A program made the translations under genes and the position numbers. From a virus (Duplodnaviria > Caudoviricetes), in the IMG/VR virus record IMGVR_UViG_3300027304_000136, positions 1 through 63,053 of that record: a stretch of 63,053 bases of DNA. The stretch is one strand, 5' to 3'. The notes under the pieces were generated by a model. The model was not told the origin of the DNA and did no database searches. It was given only the letters and a program-made list of their open reading frames with translations. Positions 27,319-37,420 of this stretch are shown here, piece by piece; the stretch's first letter is position 1, and every line of letters begins with the position of its first letter.

Positions 27319-27527
27319 TGCCAATCGAAAAGCAAGAACGTGGTATTGGAGATACAATACTAAACTTTAATAAAAAGATCGGTGTTGCTCATATGGCCAA
27401 TGCGATTGCAAAATTAGCAGGCTATGAAGATTGCGGTTGTGAAGAACGTGCAGAAGCATTAAACGATCCAAATCTTTTAATCAACAAAATATTTTATAAG
27501 AACAAAGATGAAGAATCTAACACATAA
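27318..27527 (+). CDS. Hypothetical protein
   Basis: GIGDTI...DCGCEER.EALN phage motif. Confidence 0.75.
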   Translation: MPIEKQERGIGDTILNFNKKIGVAHMANAIAKLAGYEDCGCEERAEALNDPNLLINKIFYKNKDEESNT

Positions 27528-28218
27528 ATTTATTATAGGTACATTCGTATCACTCTACCTTATGGTGAGTATTATTTCCACTATTCACGTAGTTGACTTT
27601 TTTGAATTGTCTAACCCTTACTGGTTAGCAGTTACGTTGGCAATTGCATTTGAATTAGGAGCAGCCGCATCATTAGCGTCTATTATTACATTAGATAAAA
27701 TGAATAAGACTCTAATTTGGTCCTTGTTTATTGTAATTACCTTAATGCAGATGCAGGGAAATATGTACTACGCCTTTAAGAATATCACAGACTATTCGAC
27801 ATGGTCGCAATTATTTAACTTAATTGAAGAGGACCCTATTTACCAAAAAAGAATCCTTGCATTTGTTTCAGGTGCAATTCTACCCCTAGTCGCCCTAGGA
27901 TTTATTAAATCATTAGTAGATTATATTAAACCAGCAAAAGAATTAACTCTTGAAGAGAAGGAGGAAATCGTAGAAACCATAATCGATAATATTGAAGATT
28001 GGGACGGTACCTTAATGGATGGTCTAGAAGGTTTAGAAGATGACTTTGAAGAAGTTATTGAGAGTATTGAAAAGTCTGAAACCGATTCAGCTTGGGAGAA
28101 AGAGATTAAATACTCTGACGATGTAGTTAATGTACCATCTCCTGGTTTAATTAATAAGCAACCTATGATGAATAATATTAAACCAGAAGGAATTAAACCT
28201 GACAGAACAACTTGGTAA
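27508..28218 (+). CDS. Four-TM membrane protein with acidic tail
   Basis: Four hydrophobic helices. Confidence 0.8.
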   Translation: MKNLTHKFIIGTFVSLYLMVSIISTIHVVDFFELSNPYWLAVTLAIAFELGAAASLASIITLDKMNKTLIWSLFIVITLMQMQGNMYYAFKNITDYSTWSQLFNLIEEDPIYQKRILAFVSGAILPLVALGFIKSLVDYIKPAKELTLEEKEEIVETIIDNIEDWDGTLMDGLEGLEDDFEEVIESIEKSETDSAWEKEIKYSDDVVNVPSPGLINKQPMMNNIKPEGIKPDRTTW

Positions 28219-28219
28219 T

Positions 28220-28657
28220 ATGATACTAGAGAAAAATGTAACTCTACCCCAACCATATCTCTCTAAAAAACTAGAAATTGAAACCCTTAGGCATTGTTTA
28301 AACAACAGTGCCTTTGTAGGTTACGAGATGTATCTAATAACTAATGGAGTTAAAAGAAAATATGATTTTTTAGAGCTTGATAATAAAAATTTAGAATTGT
28401 CAGCCTATGTTGGCGTAGAGTATGGTTTTGTTGGAGAGGCCAAGGGTCAGGCATGGCATATCAAGTCCATGACTACCCTGTTAAAAAAGAAACCTATATT
28501 TACAGTTTTTTGTGAACTTTCCGTAAAAGGACAATATAATAACTATCTGTATAAATCTAAATTTAGAACGATTAGAGAAAAGTCGGTGTATAATTTAATA
28601 CAGCAGACCAAGGACGAAATTAAAGAAATATTAATACAACATGGAGAAACTTACTAA
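28220..28657 (+). CDS. Hypothetical protein
   Basis: ORF in operon. Confidence 0.7.
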   Translation: MILEKNVTLPQPYLSKKLEIETLRHCLNNSAFVGYEMYLITNGVKRKYDFLELDNKNLELSAYVGVEYGFVGEAKGQAWHIKSMTTLLKKKPIFTVFCELSVKGQYNNYLYKSKFRTIREKSVYNLIQQTKDEIKEILIQHGETY

Positions 28658-30710
28658 AATAACTTTTATAGCTGAAGACCTATCTAATAGGGATTCCGTA
28701 ACTTTTTTAATCAGAAAGATTCAAGAACTCAAAAGGATAAATCAATATGATATTAACGTAATTGAATGGAATCATAAACCAGGTCAATACCAAGACCACA
28801 GAGAATTAGTTATCAATGAGTTAAATGGAAACCATTTCTGGAGCCTAGGTACCTCAGATGAGCTGCCTGATACTTATATTGATAATCGTTGGAATATTAG
28901 AACGGTGCTTCAAGAAATTGGACCAGATATTATTCATTTCGAAGAGTCGCCTGAGAACTTTGTGGATTTCCCAACGGATATTCAAGAATGGATTTATAGT
29001 AATCAAAGAACTTGGAGGATAGTTGAATCCTGTCAGTCTTCGACGTTTGACGCGAATTGCGCTAAACAGTGGGAACCAGATGCCTATGCTCTAGTCTCTT
29101 TGGACCAAATAGACAATCAATTTTCTCAGATGAAGGCGCCGAAGGAATTAATTCAATTTCCTGTTGAAGCTCTAGAGATTTCTGAGTCTATGAGTCGTCA
29201 GGAGATTTTAGGAGATTTTAAAATGCCGGATGAAGAAATTAAACATATCGTCAACATAGGGCCCCTCTGCCCAGCCAAGAATCAAAAATATCTGGTCGAC
29301 ATGGCTAGGCTCCTTGAGGAAAGGACTCCTGGGAAATACCAGTTTCACCTTGTGGGATCCATGGATCCTGAATGGGAAGACTATTGGTCCCCTTTAACCA
29401 CCGCCCTGCCGGCAAACGTCAAAATCTGTGGAGAGCAAGTAAATGTTTGGAAGTGGCTTCGAGTGGCTGACATGATGCTGCACACATCCATCCAAGAATC
29501 TGACCCTGTAGTCTTTAGAGAAGCCTTTGCCAATGGAACCAGAGTGATGGCCTACCCACTTCGGTCGTACCGAAACATGTATAACGCCACATTTACCCGA
29601 TTAACCGGAATTCTAGAGCTTGATATTACCAATCTACTTGAAAGGTTGCATTGTAAATGTGCAAAACCTAAACCTGTAAAGGGACAGGATGGAGCCCGTT
29701 TCGTGCAACAGTTATATAACCTATATTCTGAACTCCTACAAGTTGAACCTAATAGAAACGCTGTAGAGCAGACGCCCAATAGCTGTAGTGTTGAATGGAT
29801 CAATGGTCCAATAGTTACTAATCACGGTACAACCGCGATTCAGATCGATTGGATTCGTGATGGTGTTCAGCTACAATCTAGTGAATGTTATCCAGGTATG
29901 AATGTTACTATTAACTCATGGATGGCGGACTGGGAGTTGAACATGAAGTGGCCTGATGGATCAACCGATGGATGGTCATTTGAGGTTGAAGGCAAGGACG
30001 TTGGAATTATTATCGAATCGGATGTCTTTAGAGACACAGTGGCTTGGATCGATGTCATCAGCCAATGGTGCGAGGCTAAGAATCCTGGAAGAGTCTGGAT
30101 AAAAGCTCCATGGTCAGCTACAATTAACTGGGAATATTACCAACGGAAAAATAACATGTTCCCACTCTATGAAGATCAGGCATGGTACCCAGATGTTGAT
30201 ATTACCCACCGATTAGGTAAATATAGTGCTGAAGACGCAAGATTAACCCGTCAAATTGCGGGAGATCAGTTAGGTATTGAAGCCGTAGAGAAGAGAACCT
30301 TTTTAAGCATGAGACCGGTAAATAAACCTGTTCCTGGAGACTATATTATAATTGCACCAGATGCTGATGAGGTAGAAAACGATTGGAAGGAGCCAGGAGC
30401 ATGGCAAGAAGTAATTAATTGGCATCTAGCAAAAGGATGGAAAGTCTACTATGCCGCATCAGATGGTCTAATTTTAAACGACCTAGAGGGTGTTGAAGTA
30501 ATCCCTGGAGGAGTATTAGGAATTTGGAATCATCTACATTGGGCAAACTATTATATTGGTAGTGGTACTGATATGGGTTGGCTAGCCTGGTTAGCAGGCA
30601 AGAGGGTAGTGACAATTGGAGAACTGAAGGCTGATTTTGAAGCAGATAGATTCTCGAATGACGTCACTAGTGCCGAAGTTTTAAGCCATTTAGACAAGAT
30701 TTTTGAATAA
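28641..30710 (+). CDS. Multidomain glycosyltransferase (GT4-like N-half plus GT9/heptosyltransferase-like C-half)
   Basis: KNQ..L, S..E..P.V.REA GT-B motif; C-terminal YIG.G..M.WLAW..GK. Confidence 0.7.
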   Translation: MEKLTKITFIAEDLSNRDSVTFLIRKIQELKRINQYDINVIEWNHKPGQYQDHRELVINELNGNHFWSLGTSDELPDTYIDNRWNIRTVLQEIGPDIIHFEESPENFVDFPTDIQEWIYSNQRTWRIVESCQSSTFDANCAKQWEPDAYALVSLDQIDNQFSQMKAPKELIQFPVEALEISESMSRQEILGDFKMPDEEIKHIVNIGPLCPAKNQKYLVDMARLLEERTPGKYQFHLVGSMDPEWEDYWSPLTTALPANVKICGEQVNVWKWLRVADMMLHTSIQESDPVVFREAFANGTRVMAYPLRSYRNMYNATFTRLTGILELDITNLLERLHCKCAKPKPVKGQDGARFVQQLYNLYSELLQVEPNRNAVEQTPNSCSVEWINGPIVTNHGTTAIQIDWIRDGVQLQSSECYPGMNVTINSWMADWELNMKWPDGSTDGWSFEVEGKDVGIIIESDVFRDTVAWIDVISQWCEAKNPGRVWIKAPWSATINWEYYQRKNNMFPLYEDQAWYPDVDITHRLGKYSAEDARLTRQIAGDQLGIEAVEKRTFLSMRPVNKPVPGDYIIIAPDADEVENDWKEPGAWQEVINWHLAKGWKVYYAASDGLILNDLEGVEVIPGGVLGIWNHLHWANYYIGSGTDMGWLAWLAGKRVVTIGELKADFEADRFSNDVTSAEVLSHLDKIFE

Positions 30711-30754
30711 ATAGATTATTAGAAGACGGAAACGTCTAAATAAAAATTACAATC

Positions 30755-31045
30755 ATGACACAGTTTGAGATTGCCCAGCACCTATTTAGTGACTTTGGAA
30801 TTCAAGTAACTAAATCAAAACCAAAAAAAGATTCTGATGAGGTAATATTAAGCCGGAATCACGTAGTCCAAGAAGCCTTAGAGAAAGAATTAATGAGAGC
30901 CAAGAGAGAATTATCAGCTGCAAAAAAATCGATGCGAATGGGAAAATGTAATGCCGATGAGGTCTTCGATTATGAATGGAGAGTTCACGAAATCAAACAG
31001 CAGTTAGACCAATTAGGAAAAGATCGATTTGACGAATTAGATTAG
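30755..31045 (+). CDS. Hypothetical protein
   Basis: 96-aa ORF. Confidence 0.7.
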   Translation: MTQFEIAQHLFSDFGIQVTKSKPKKDSDEVILSRNHVVQEALEKELMRAKRELSAAKKSMRMGKCNADEVFDYEWRVHEIKQQLDQLGKDRFDELD

Positions 31046-31077
31046 GATAAATAGAATAAATTAAACATAATAATATA

Positions 31078-33573
31078 ATGAAAAAAATCAAACTTTACGA
31101 AGAGTTTGTTGGTGAAGCGTATAAATTTTACGATTTATTTTTCAATTCTCACATTGACCACAATCCAGAATGCGATATTCTAGAAGGTCACCTAGACAAG
31201 GATTCGCTAATTACTTATGGTATCTACGTTAAAGGACCAAAAGAAGGTCTTGAATTCATGGAATACTACAGTGGATCAAATTACAAACCAACATCTGACA
31301 AGAGAAGCAATTCTAAATTGTTTATGGTTGATAAAATTCCTGCAAAATACAAAGCAATGTGGGAAGACCTAAAAAAGATTTACGAAAACGAGTATGCTGG
31401 TTCTGGAAGAGTTTCAACTCGAAACGAAGCACTAGTTACTGAAGGTCAATTCTCATGGATGGCTCAAGATACTGGAAGACAAATTGGTTCTGAAAGAGAA
31501 AACACAATTACTGTTTACATGTTTGATGATAAAGGTCAAAAATGGGAAGAGAAGAAATACGACGGTTACGGAGAATTCGGTGGTAAAGATTACTATGAGT
31601 TACTAGCTCAAATGAATGGAGTTGAAAATGCTGATCGTCAAGACGGTATCGATATTGCATTTGGTAAAACTAAAACTAAAGGAAAAACACTTTTCCCAGC
31701 TTTAGTAGAAGATCCTAAACGTTTTAACTATAAGAGACACGATTTTACAGTTCAACCAGATAACGATCCAAACCAATCATGGTACCAAGAAGAAGAGTAT
31801 GATGATGATGATTCTAACGAATCTAAAGTTACTGAAGCAAAAGCGTTACCTCTAGATAAATTAACTAAAATGATTGGTGATAAACCATCTTGCTATAGCT
31901 TAGCTGATTTTGTTTATACTAACTATGATAAAGTAACTGGTCTTAAAAAATCAATGAGAAATGACGAAATGGATTTTCCAACAGAAATCATGGATCTAGT
32001 TGACCATTATGGTTTTGATGTTGATGATTTTACTGATAAGTACAGTATGGCTGCTGAGTCAGTTGTTACTGAAGCAACATCTTACGATCCAGATGATATT
32101 TTCTTTTTATGGGATGATTGTGTTGATAATGGCAGAGAAGGAATCGAAAGAGGTCATACTGGAAGCGGATCAAATAAACATGAATTATTTACTTTTGATA
32201 CAGAAGTAGATGGATATGATAAATTCGAAACTGAATTAAAGAAGTTATTAAAGAAGAGCGGTTGGAAAAATGAATATAACCAAGATACTTTAAAAGTATA
32301 TGAATCTAGAGTTAATGAAGAAGAATACGTTTTTATTTTTGATGAAATAGGATCTGAGTTAACGAAACTCACAGATCAAGTTATCGATATGCTTAAATGG
32401 GATATTAAAGATCAAAAATGGATTAAAGGTTTAAAGGCTATTTTAAAAGATTTAAATAAAGTAGAAGACACTATTGCAAAACATCATCATATGTTAGGAG
32501 CTATTGAACTAGGTGAGTGGCCGGCCACTCACCATAATGAATCTAAAGTTAATGAACCAACTACAATAAGCGTACCGAAATTATCTGATATCGACCATAC
32601 AAGAATAATTAAATGGATGTCAAATCAATTTGATAGTAACACATGGGACATGAAGAAATCTGGTAAAGGTTTTAAAATACTATTAAGTGATTTAAAAGAT
32701 AAAGAAGATTTAATGGCTTACTTAAAATCTCAGAATTACATTACTGAATCTCATTTTAAAGTCGGTGATAAAGTAAAAATGTCACATGGTGGTTATGGTG
32801 TTATTAAGTCTTTAGACAAAGAATCAGGTGCTGATGATGAAAAATACTACAATGTAGAATTACCAAGCGGAGAAATGCATAAGCATTCACCAAATGAATT
32901 AACAAAAGAATCAGCAATGTCAGATATTGATCTTCTTGCACAAGAAGCTAAAGATTTTAAATCATTTGTAAAAGAATTTAAGAAAGAATATAAAAACATG
33001 GACGCTGGTTCTGCTAAAGAATTAGAAGCATGGTTGCAATCAGTTTATGATGGTGCAAAAGCAAACACGGACGAGTCAGTAGTTACTGAAGCAAAAGATG
33101 TAAAATCAGAAGTTATCGATAAATTAAGTCAATTCTTTGGTGTATCTACAGGTGCATTAATTAAATTTAATTTTGATGGTAAAGATGATATTAGAGCCCT
33201 TACAAAAGCACTAAATGGTACAGATTACGAAGGAGTTGATAATATTGTTAGAGTTGCTGTTAAAGCTGCTAAAAGAGATTTAGGAGTTGATGAAGCAATT
33301 AAACCTGCTGGTCTTTCTAAAGCTGAAACTAAAAAAGTAGCTGAAACTTACGCTAAAGCAATTAGTAAAAATGACGGTGTTAAATGCACTGTAAATCTTA
33401 AATCTCTAGAAGAAGATTCATTTGATTTAGATATTGACGGTGAAGAATATGCTGGTGGTTCTTATATGATTACCTTAGATGGTGATGTTATTAATGCAGC
33501 AATTTCTGAAAAACCAGTCTATGGTCAAATCGACTCTACTGTTGATCAGATCATTAAAAATCTAAAGAAATAA
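31078..33573 (+). CDS. Leader-family putative polyprotein (about 9-10 small domains)
   Basis: MKKIKLYEEFVGE leader; repeated ES(K/V/R)V(T/N)E linkers. Confidence 0.8.
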   Translation: MKKIKLYEEFVGEAYKFYDLFFNSHIDHNPECDILEGHLDKDSLITYGIYVKGPKEGLEFMEYYSGSNYKPTSDKRSNSKLFMVDKIPAKYKAMWEDLKKIYENEYAGSGRVSTRNEALVTEGQFSWMAQDTGRQIGSERENTITVYMFDDKGQKWEEKKYDGYGEFGGKDYYELLAQMNGVENADRQDGIDIAFGKTKTKGKTLFPALVEDPKRFNYKRHDFTVQPDNDPNQSWYQEEEYDDDDSNESKVTEAKALPLDKLTKMIGDKPSCYSLADFVYTNYDKVTGLKKSMRNDEMDFPTEIMDLVDHYGFDVDDFTDKYSMAAESVVTEATSYDPDDIFFLWDDCVDNGREGIERGHTGSGSNKHELFTFDTEVDGYDKFETELKKLLKKSGWKNEYNQDTLKVYESRVNEEEYVFIFDEIGSELTKLTDQVIDMLKWDIKDQKWIKGLKAILKDLNKVEDTIAKHHHMLGAIELGEWPATHHNESKVNEPTTISVPKLSDIDHTRIIKWMSNQFDSNTWDMKKSGKGFKILLSDLKDKEDLMAYLKSQNYITESHFKVGDKVKMSHGGYGVIKSLDKESGADDEKYYNVELPSGEMHKHSPNELTKESAMSDIDLLAQEAKDFKSFVKEFKKEYKNMDAGSAKELEAWLQSVYDGAKANTDESVVTEAKDVKSEVIDKLSQFFGVSTGALIKFNFDGKDDIRALTKALNGTDYEGVDNIVRVAVKAAKRDLGVDEAIKPAGLSKAETKKVAETYAKAISKNDGVKCTVNLKSLEEDSFDLDIDGEEYAGGSYMITLDGDVINAAISEKPVYGQIDSTVDQIIKNLKK

Positions 33574-33574
33574 T

Positions 33575-34291
33575 TTGAAACCAGTAAAGTTATTCGAAGA
33601 ATTTATAAGCGAGGGTATTCATGATTTGAATACCCTCAAAGCTTTTTTCATGGCAGGAGGACCAGGTTCTGGTAAATCTCACGTTGCTAGTGAAATCTTC
33701 GGTTTTCCTCACGATGCAATCAATAATATTAGTTATCGAACTGGTTTAAAATTAATTAACTCAGATATTGCATTTGAGCATATGTTAAAGGGTATGGGAA
33801 TTGACCCAAAGAATTTAGCTGAATTAGATCCTATTGAATTTGCAAAACTAACACAAGGTCCAGATTCTCCAAGAGAACGTGCTAAGAAGATTACAATCAT
33901 GAAGAAAGATTTCTATAAAGAAGGACGACTTGGAATGGTAATTGATGGGACTGGAGATGATTTCAGTAAGATTAAAGTAAAGAAAGACGAACTAGAAGAT
34001 TTTGGATACGATACTTATATGGTATTCATTAATACTTCATTAGAAGTTGCGCAGGCTAGAAATGCCAGAAGAACAAGAACACTTCCCGAAGAATTAGTAA
34101 GCGATATTTGGCATGCCGTTCAAGATAATATTGGAGCATTCCAAAGAGAATTTGGTTCTCAAAACATGGTTATTGTTGACAATTCAGTCGATGGTGATGT
34201 TAGCTTCTCAGATATTGAAAAGGTTCTTAGTAAACTACTTAAGAAACCAATCCAGAACTCGATTGGCCGTAAATGGCTCAAAGGAGAGTAA
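33575..34291 (+). CDS. Leader-family P-loop kinase (zeta toxin/AAA_33-like)
   Basis: MKPVKLFEEFISE; MAGGPGSGKS, INSD, IDGTG, RN.RR.R. Confidence 0.82.
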   Translation: MKPVKLFEEFISEGIHDLNTLKAFFMAGGPGSGKSHVASEIFGFPHDAINNISYRTGLKLINSDIAFEHMLKGMGIDPKNLAELDPIEFAKLTQGPDSPRERAKKITIMKKDFYKEGRLGMVIDGTGDDFSKIKVKKDELEDFGYDTYMVFINTSLEVAQARNARRTRTLPEELVSDIWHAVQDNIGAFQREFGSQNMVIVDNSVDGDVSFSDIEKVLSKLLKKPIQNSIGRKWLKGE

Positions 34292-34292
34292 T

Positions 34293-34375
34293 TGTTAATA
34301 ACTTTATTTAATCCGAGTGAAAATACTTCAACTCGGATTTTTTTATGTCAAATATTTTGTTTATATTTACATATA
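34293..34375 (+). promoter_or_regulatory. Class A promoter with TGTTAATAAC box and hairpin
   Basis: Same motif set. Confidence 0.8.
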
Positions 34376-34388
34376 ATAATTAGATAAG

Positions 34389-34844
34389 ATGAAAAAGATA
34401 TTGTACATTGATTTAGACGGAGTAATGGTTGACTTAGAAAGCCATGCGATTAAGAGACATGGACCTGATGCGGTTAAGCACCTTGGTCGATTAACAAGCG
34501 TTGACAAAGAACTATTTGAAGATCCAGAACCGATTCCTGGTGCTATCGAGGCATTCAAGAAGCTATATGATATGTACGATGTATATTTCCTTAGTACCGC
34601 TCCATGGAGTAACCCAACGTCTCTAGGTTCTAAACGTAGATGGGTACAAAAACACTTAGGCAAATTAGCTCATAAGAGACTAATATTAACTCACAGAAAA
34701 GATTTGTTGATGGGAGACTATTTAATCGATGATCGTCCAAACAACGGTGCTGCTGAATTTAAAGGAGAATGGATTCAATTTGGCCAACCCGCTTTTGAAA
34801 ACTGGGATGCTGTACTAACTTACCTTGATAACTCTAATATATAG
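34389..34844 (+). CDS. 5'(3')-deoxyribonucleotidase (NT5C, HAD)
   Basis: YIDLDGV, LSTAPW, K..WV, GDYLIDD. Confidence 0.92.
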   Translation: MKKILYIDLDGVMVDLESHAIKRHGPDAVKHLGRLTSVDKELFEDPEPIPGAIEAFKKLYDMYDVYFLSTAPWSNPTSLGSKRRWVQKHLGKLAHKRLILTHRKDLLMGDYLIDDRPNNGAAEFKGEWIQFGQPAFENWDAVLTYLDNSNI

Positions 34845-34868
34845 TAAAAGAATTAAACATTAAATTTG

Positions 34869-35201
34869 ATGAAACACATTAAACTATACGAAGATTTCGT
34901 AAACGAAGAAGCAAAACCAGAAATTCTGGTAAAATTGTTCAAAGAATTGGCTAAAGCCAAAAATGTAGAATCAGTAATTTGGGGATTTGATAAATCTGAA
35001 GAGTTTCCACATATTGTACATTTCAAAAGCGGTTTAGAATCACAGGCTGATCGACATGAAGGAGAAATGGAAGAGTTTTCATTCTACTTAAACGATGATG
35101 GTAAAACTATTCTTTCAATTTATGATTTAAGCGGTCATGACCAAGAATTAAAAACAGTTAAAGACGCAGTTGAATACTGTAGAGCTAACGAAAAACAATA
35201 A
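34869..35201 (+). CDS. Leader-family hypothetical protein
   Basis: MKHIKLYEDFVNE. Confidence 0.8.
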   Translation: MKHIKLYEDFVNEEAKPEILVKLFKELAKAKNVESVIWGFDKSEEFPHIVHFKSGLESQADRHEGEMEEFSFYLNDDGKTILSIYDLSGHDQELKTVKDAVEYCRANEKQ

Positions 35202-35207
35202 GTACAC

Positions 35208-35675
35208 ATGAAACACGTAAAACTATTCGAACAGTTTATTAGTGAAGCTGTGCAGTATAAGACTTTAGATGATGATAAAATCAAAGCTAAAGATATTCAC
35301 AGCTGGATAACTAGTAAAAGATATGATGTTGGTAAAAGATTTCCGGCAACAAATGCTAAAACCAAAGAAGATAAAGTTGCAATCATTATGGATCCAGAAT
35401 TCCAAGCAGCATATATTCAATATCACCAACAGTATTTCGATAGTTTAATGACACAATGGGATGGAGTTTGTAATAGCAATTTACCTTCTAGAGGCGTTAA
35501 TGATAAAACTACAAAGGCCGAAAAAGAAGACATGTTTGATGCATTAGAAGCCTGGATCACAAGAGAGAATGGAATCCTTGATGCTATTAAAGAAATTGGA
35601 TTTGAATCCTTTGCTGCAAACGAAATTATGGGTGTATTCCACAAAAAACCATTAAAATTAAAAAGAATATACTAA
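35208..35675 (+). CDS. Leader-family hypothetical protein
   Basis: MKHVKLFEQFISE. Confidence 0.8.
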   Translation: MKHVKLFEQFISEAVQYKTLDDDKIKAKDIHSWITSKRYDVGKRFPATNAKTKEDKVAIIMDPEFQAAYIQYHQQYFDSLMTQWDGVCNSNLPSRGVNDKTTKAEKEDMFDALEAWITRENGILDAIKEIGFESFAANEIMGVFHKKPLKLKRIY

Positions 35676-35677
35676 AT

Positions 35678-35926
35678 ATGAAACACATAAAACTATATGA
35701 ACAATTTGTAAACGAAGACAAATTTAAAATGGCATTAGGCGATATGGAAGACTGGATGCCAGATGACATGGAATTACAAGATGAGTATTATACTCTTACT
35801 GGAAGTGGTGATGTTGATGGATTGATCAGTTTCTTTGATGAATATGCTGATACTGATGTATTACAAAAATATGGTATCAAATATACAGATCTAAAAAAAT
35901 TAGCAAAGACAGCTATTGATTTATAA
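35678..35926 (+). CDS. Leader-family hypothetical protein
   Basis: MKHIKLYEQFVNE. Confidence 0.8.
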   Translation: MKHIKLYEQFVNEDKFKMALGDMEDWMPDDMELQDEYYTLTGSGDVDGLISFFDEYADTDVLQKYGIKYTDLKKLAKTAIDL

Positions 35927-35943
35927 TCAAAAAGATATTAATT

Positions 35944-37101
35944 ATGAAACATATTAAACTATACGAGGAATTTGTCAATGAAGCCACTACATCATGGAAG
36001 AAAATGATGCAAGGCGTTAGAGCTAGCGAAACTGGTCCTTGGTCAATTGTAGCAATTCAAGACCGTAAGGTTGTTGGACAATCAATCGACATTAGAATTC
36101 AAGACCTGATTCCTGCAAAATACGAAGCTCTGAAAAAAGAGTTTCCTAAGGCTAAACTTCATATTGAAGACGGAACTGGCATGGTAGTTTGGAATGAAGG
36201 AATAGCAAACTTACATGATGCCGCAGCAAGATACAAAAATAAACTCAATGAGGCTAAATTTAAAGTAGGCGATAAATGGGAATGGAACCATGTAGACGGA
36301 GTTAAAACTGTAGAAATTACAAACGTTAAATCAAATGGCGATGTAGTTGGTCGAGAAGACGGAAGCTCAGAAGACTTTATTGTTAGAGATGCTAATAAGT
36401 ATCTTAAGAAAAAAGTTACAGAATCTGTAGTTAATGAGGCTAGAAAACAATATAAGGTAATGGATGTTACTGTTGACGGTAATCCTGTTATTGAATTTCA
36501 AAATCTAAATTCAAAAACAAAATGGATTGAAAACAATCCTGATGCCATAATTCAAAATATAAAAACTTCATCATTTGAAGCAGATCAAAAGAGAATTGTT
36601 GGTACAAGTAGAGGACCATTCTGGATTGTTATTAAACCAGATTTTAATGAATCATTAGTTAACGAAGCTAAAAATCTTACAAGAGAAGAGTTAGTAAAAA
36701 TCTTACAAACTAAATACGCTCTAAATTTTACAAAGGATTCAGAAGAATTTGATGGAGAAGAAGGTGGTATTTGGATAGGTGGTAGCGAAGGTAAGGTTAT
36801 GCCAGATGGTAAAACAGAAATGTTTAACTATTACCATGGTGGATCTAAATTCCCACAAGGAATCAACAAAGACTTTGCAAACTTCTTAGCTAAAAGAGGT
36901 TGGTACGGTCAATTTGCCGATCCTGGAACCGTACTATTATGGCCAGCTGGTAGTAATGAGTCTATTGATATTACACACACTAAAGATTCTGATACTTTAG
37001 CTGGAAATCCAGGTGAAGATACCAGAATGTTAAATGTTAGAGCATTTCGTGGTACCGTTGCTGATTTAACTAGTTTTATTAACGACAAGATCGCTAAGTA
37101 A
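35944..37101 (+). CDS. Leader-family putative polyprotein (about 5 domains)
   Basis: MKHIKLYEEFVNE; KLNEA, ESVVNEA, ESLVNEA linkers. Confidence 0.8.
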   Translation: MKHIKLYEEFVNEATTSWKKMMQGVRASETGPWSIVAIQDRKVVGQSIDIRIQDLIPAKYEALKKEFPKAKLHIEDGTGMVVWNEGIANLHDAAARYKNKLNEAKFKVGDKWEWNHVDGVKTVEITNVKSNGDVVGREDGSSEDFIVRDANKYLKKKVTESVVNEARKQYKVMDVTVDGNPVIEFQNLNSKTKWIENNPDAIIQNIKTSSFEADQKRIVGTSRGPFWIVIKPDFNESLVNEAKNLTREELVKILQTKYALNFTKDSEEFDGEEGGIWIGGSEGKVMPDGKTEMFNYYHGGSKFPQGINKDFANFLAKRGWYGQFADPGTVLLWPAGSNESIDITHTKDSDTLAGNPGEDTRMLNVRAFRGTVADLTSFINDKIAK

Positions 37102-37215
37102 CAAATATTTACTAAATTTGTTAATTTTTTACAAAAAAGTTATAAACAAAAGATAATATTGTAATATATAGATTAGAACAATTCCGTTCTGCAGTTCAAA
37201 TATATTATCAAAGCA

Positions 37216-37413
37216 ATGGATTATTTATCAGAAGTCTTGTCCCCTTCTGAAAATGAACACACATTAGCTAGTCTGGAACAATCAGTTGCCATAACTGTCG
37301 AGGCCTTACAAAGTTCGCTTATTGCGAATATTGACAATCTCGTTCATGGTTTTACTGATGACGAAGATGACGAATTAAGTTGGGTCTATTTCGGAGTAGG
37401 CGGTCCAGCATGA
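37216..37413 (+). CDS. Small acidic hypothetical protein
   Basis: Own promoter-like motif and downstream terminator. Confidence 0.6.
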   Translation: MDYLSEVLSPSENEHTLASLEQSVAITVEALQSSLIANIDNLVHGFTDDEDDELSWVYFGVGGPA

Positions 37414-37420
37414 AAAAACT

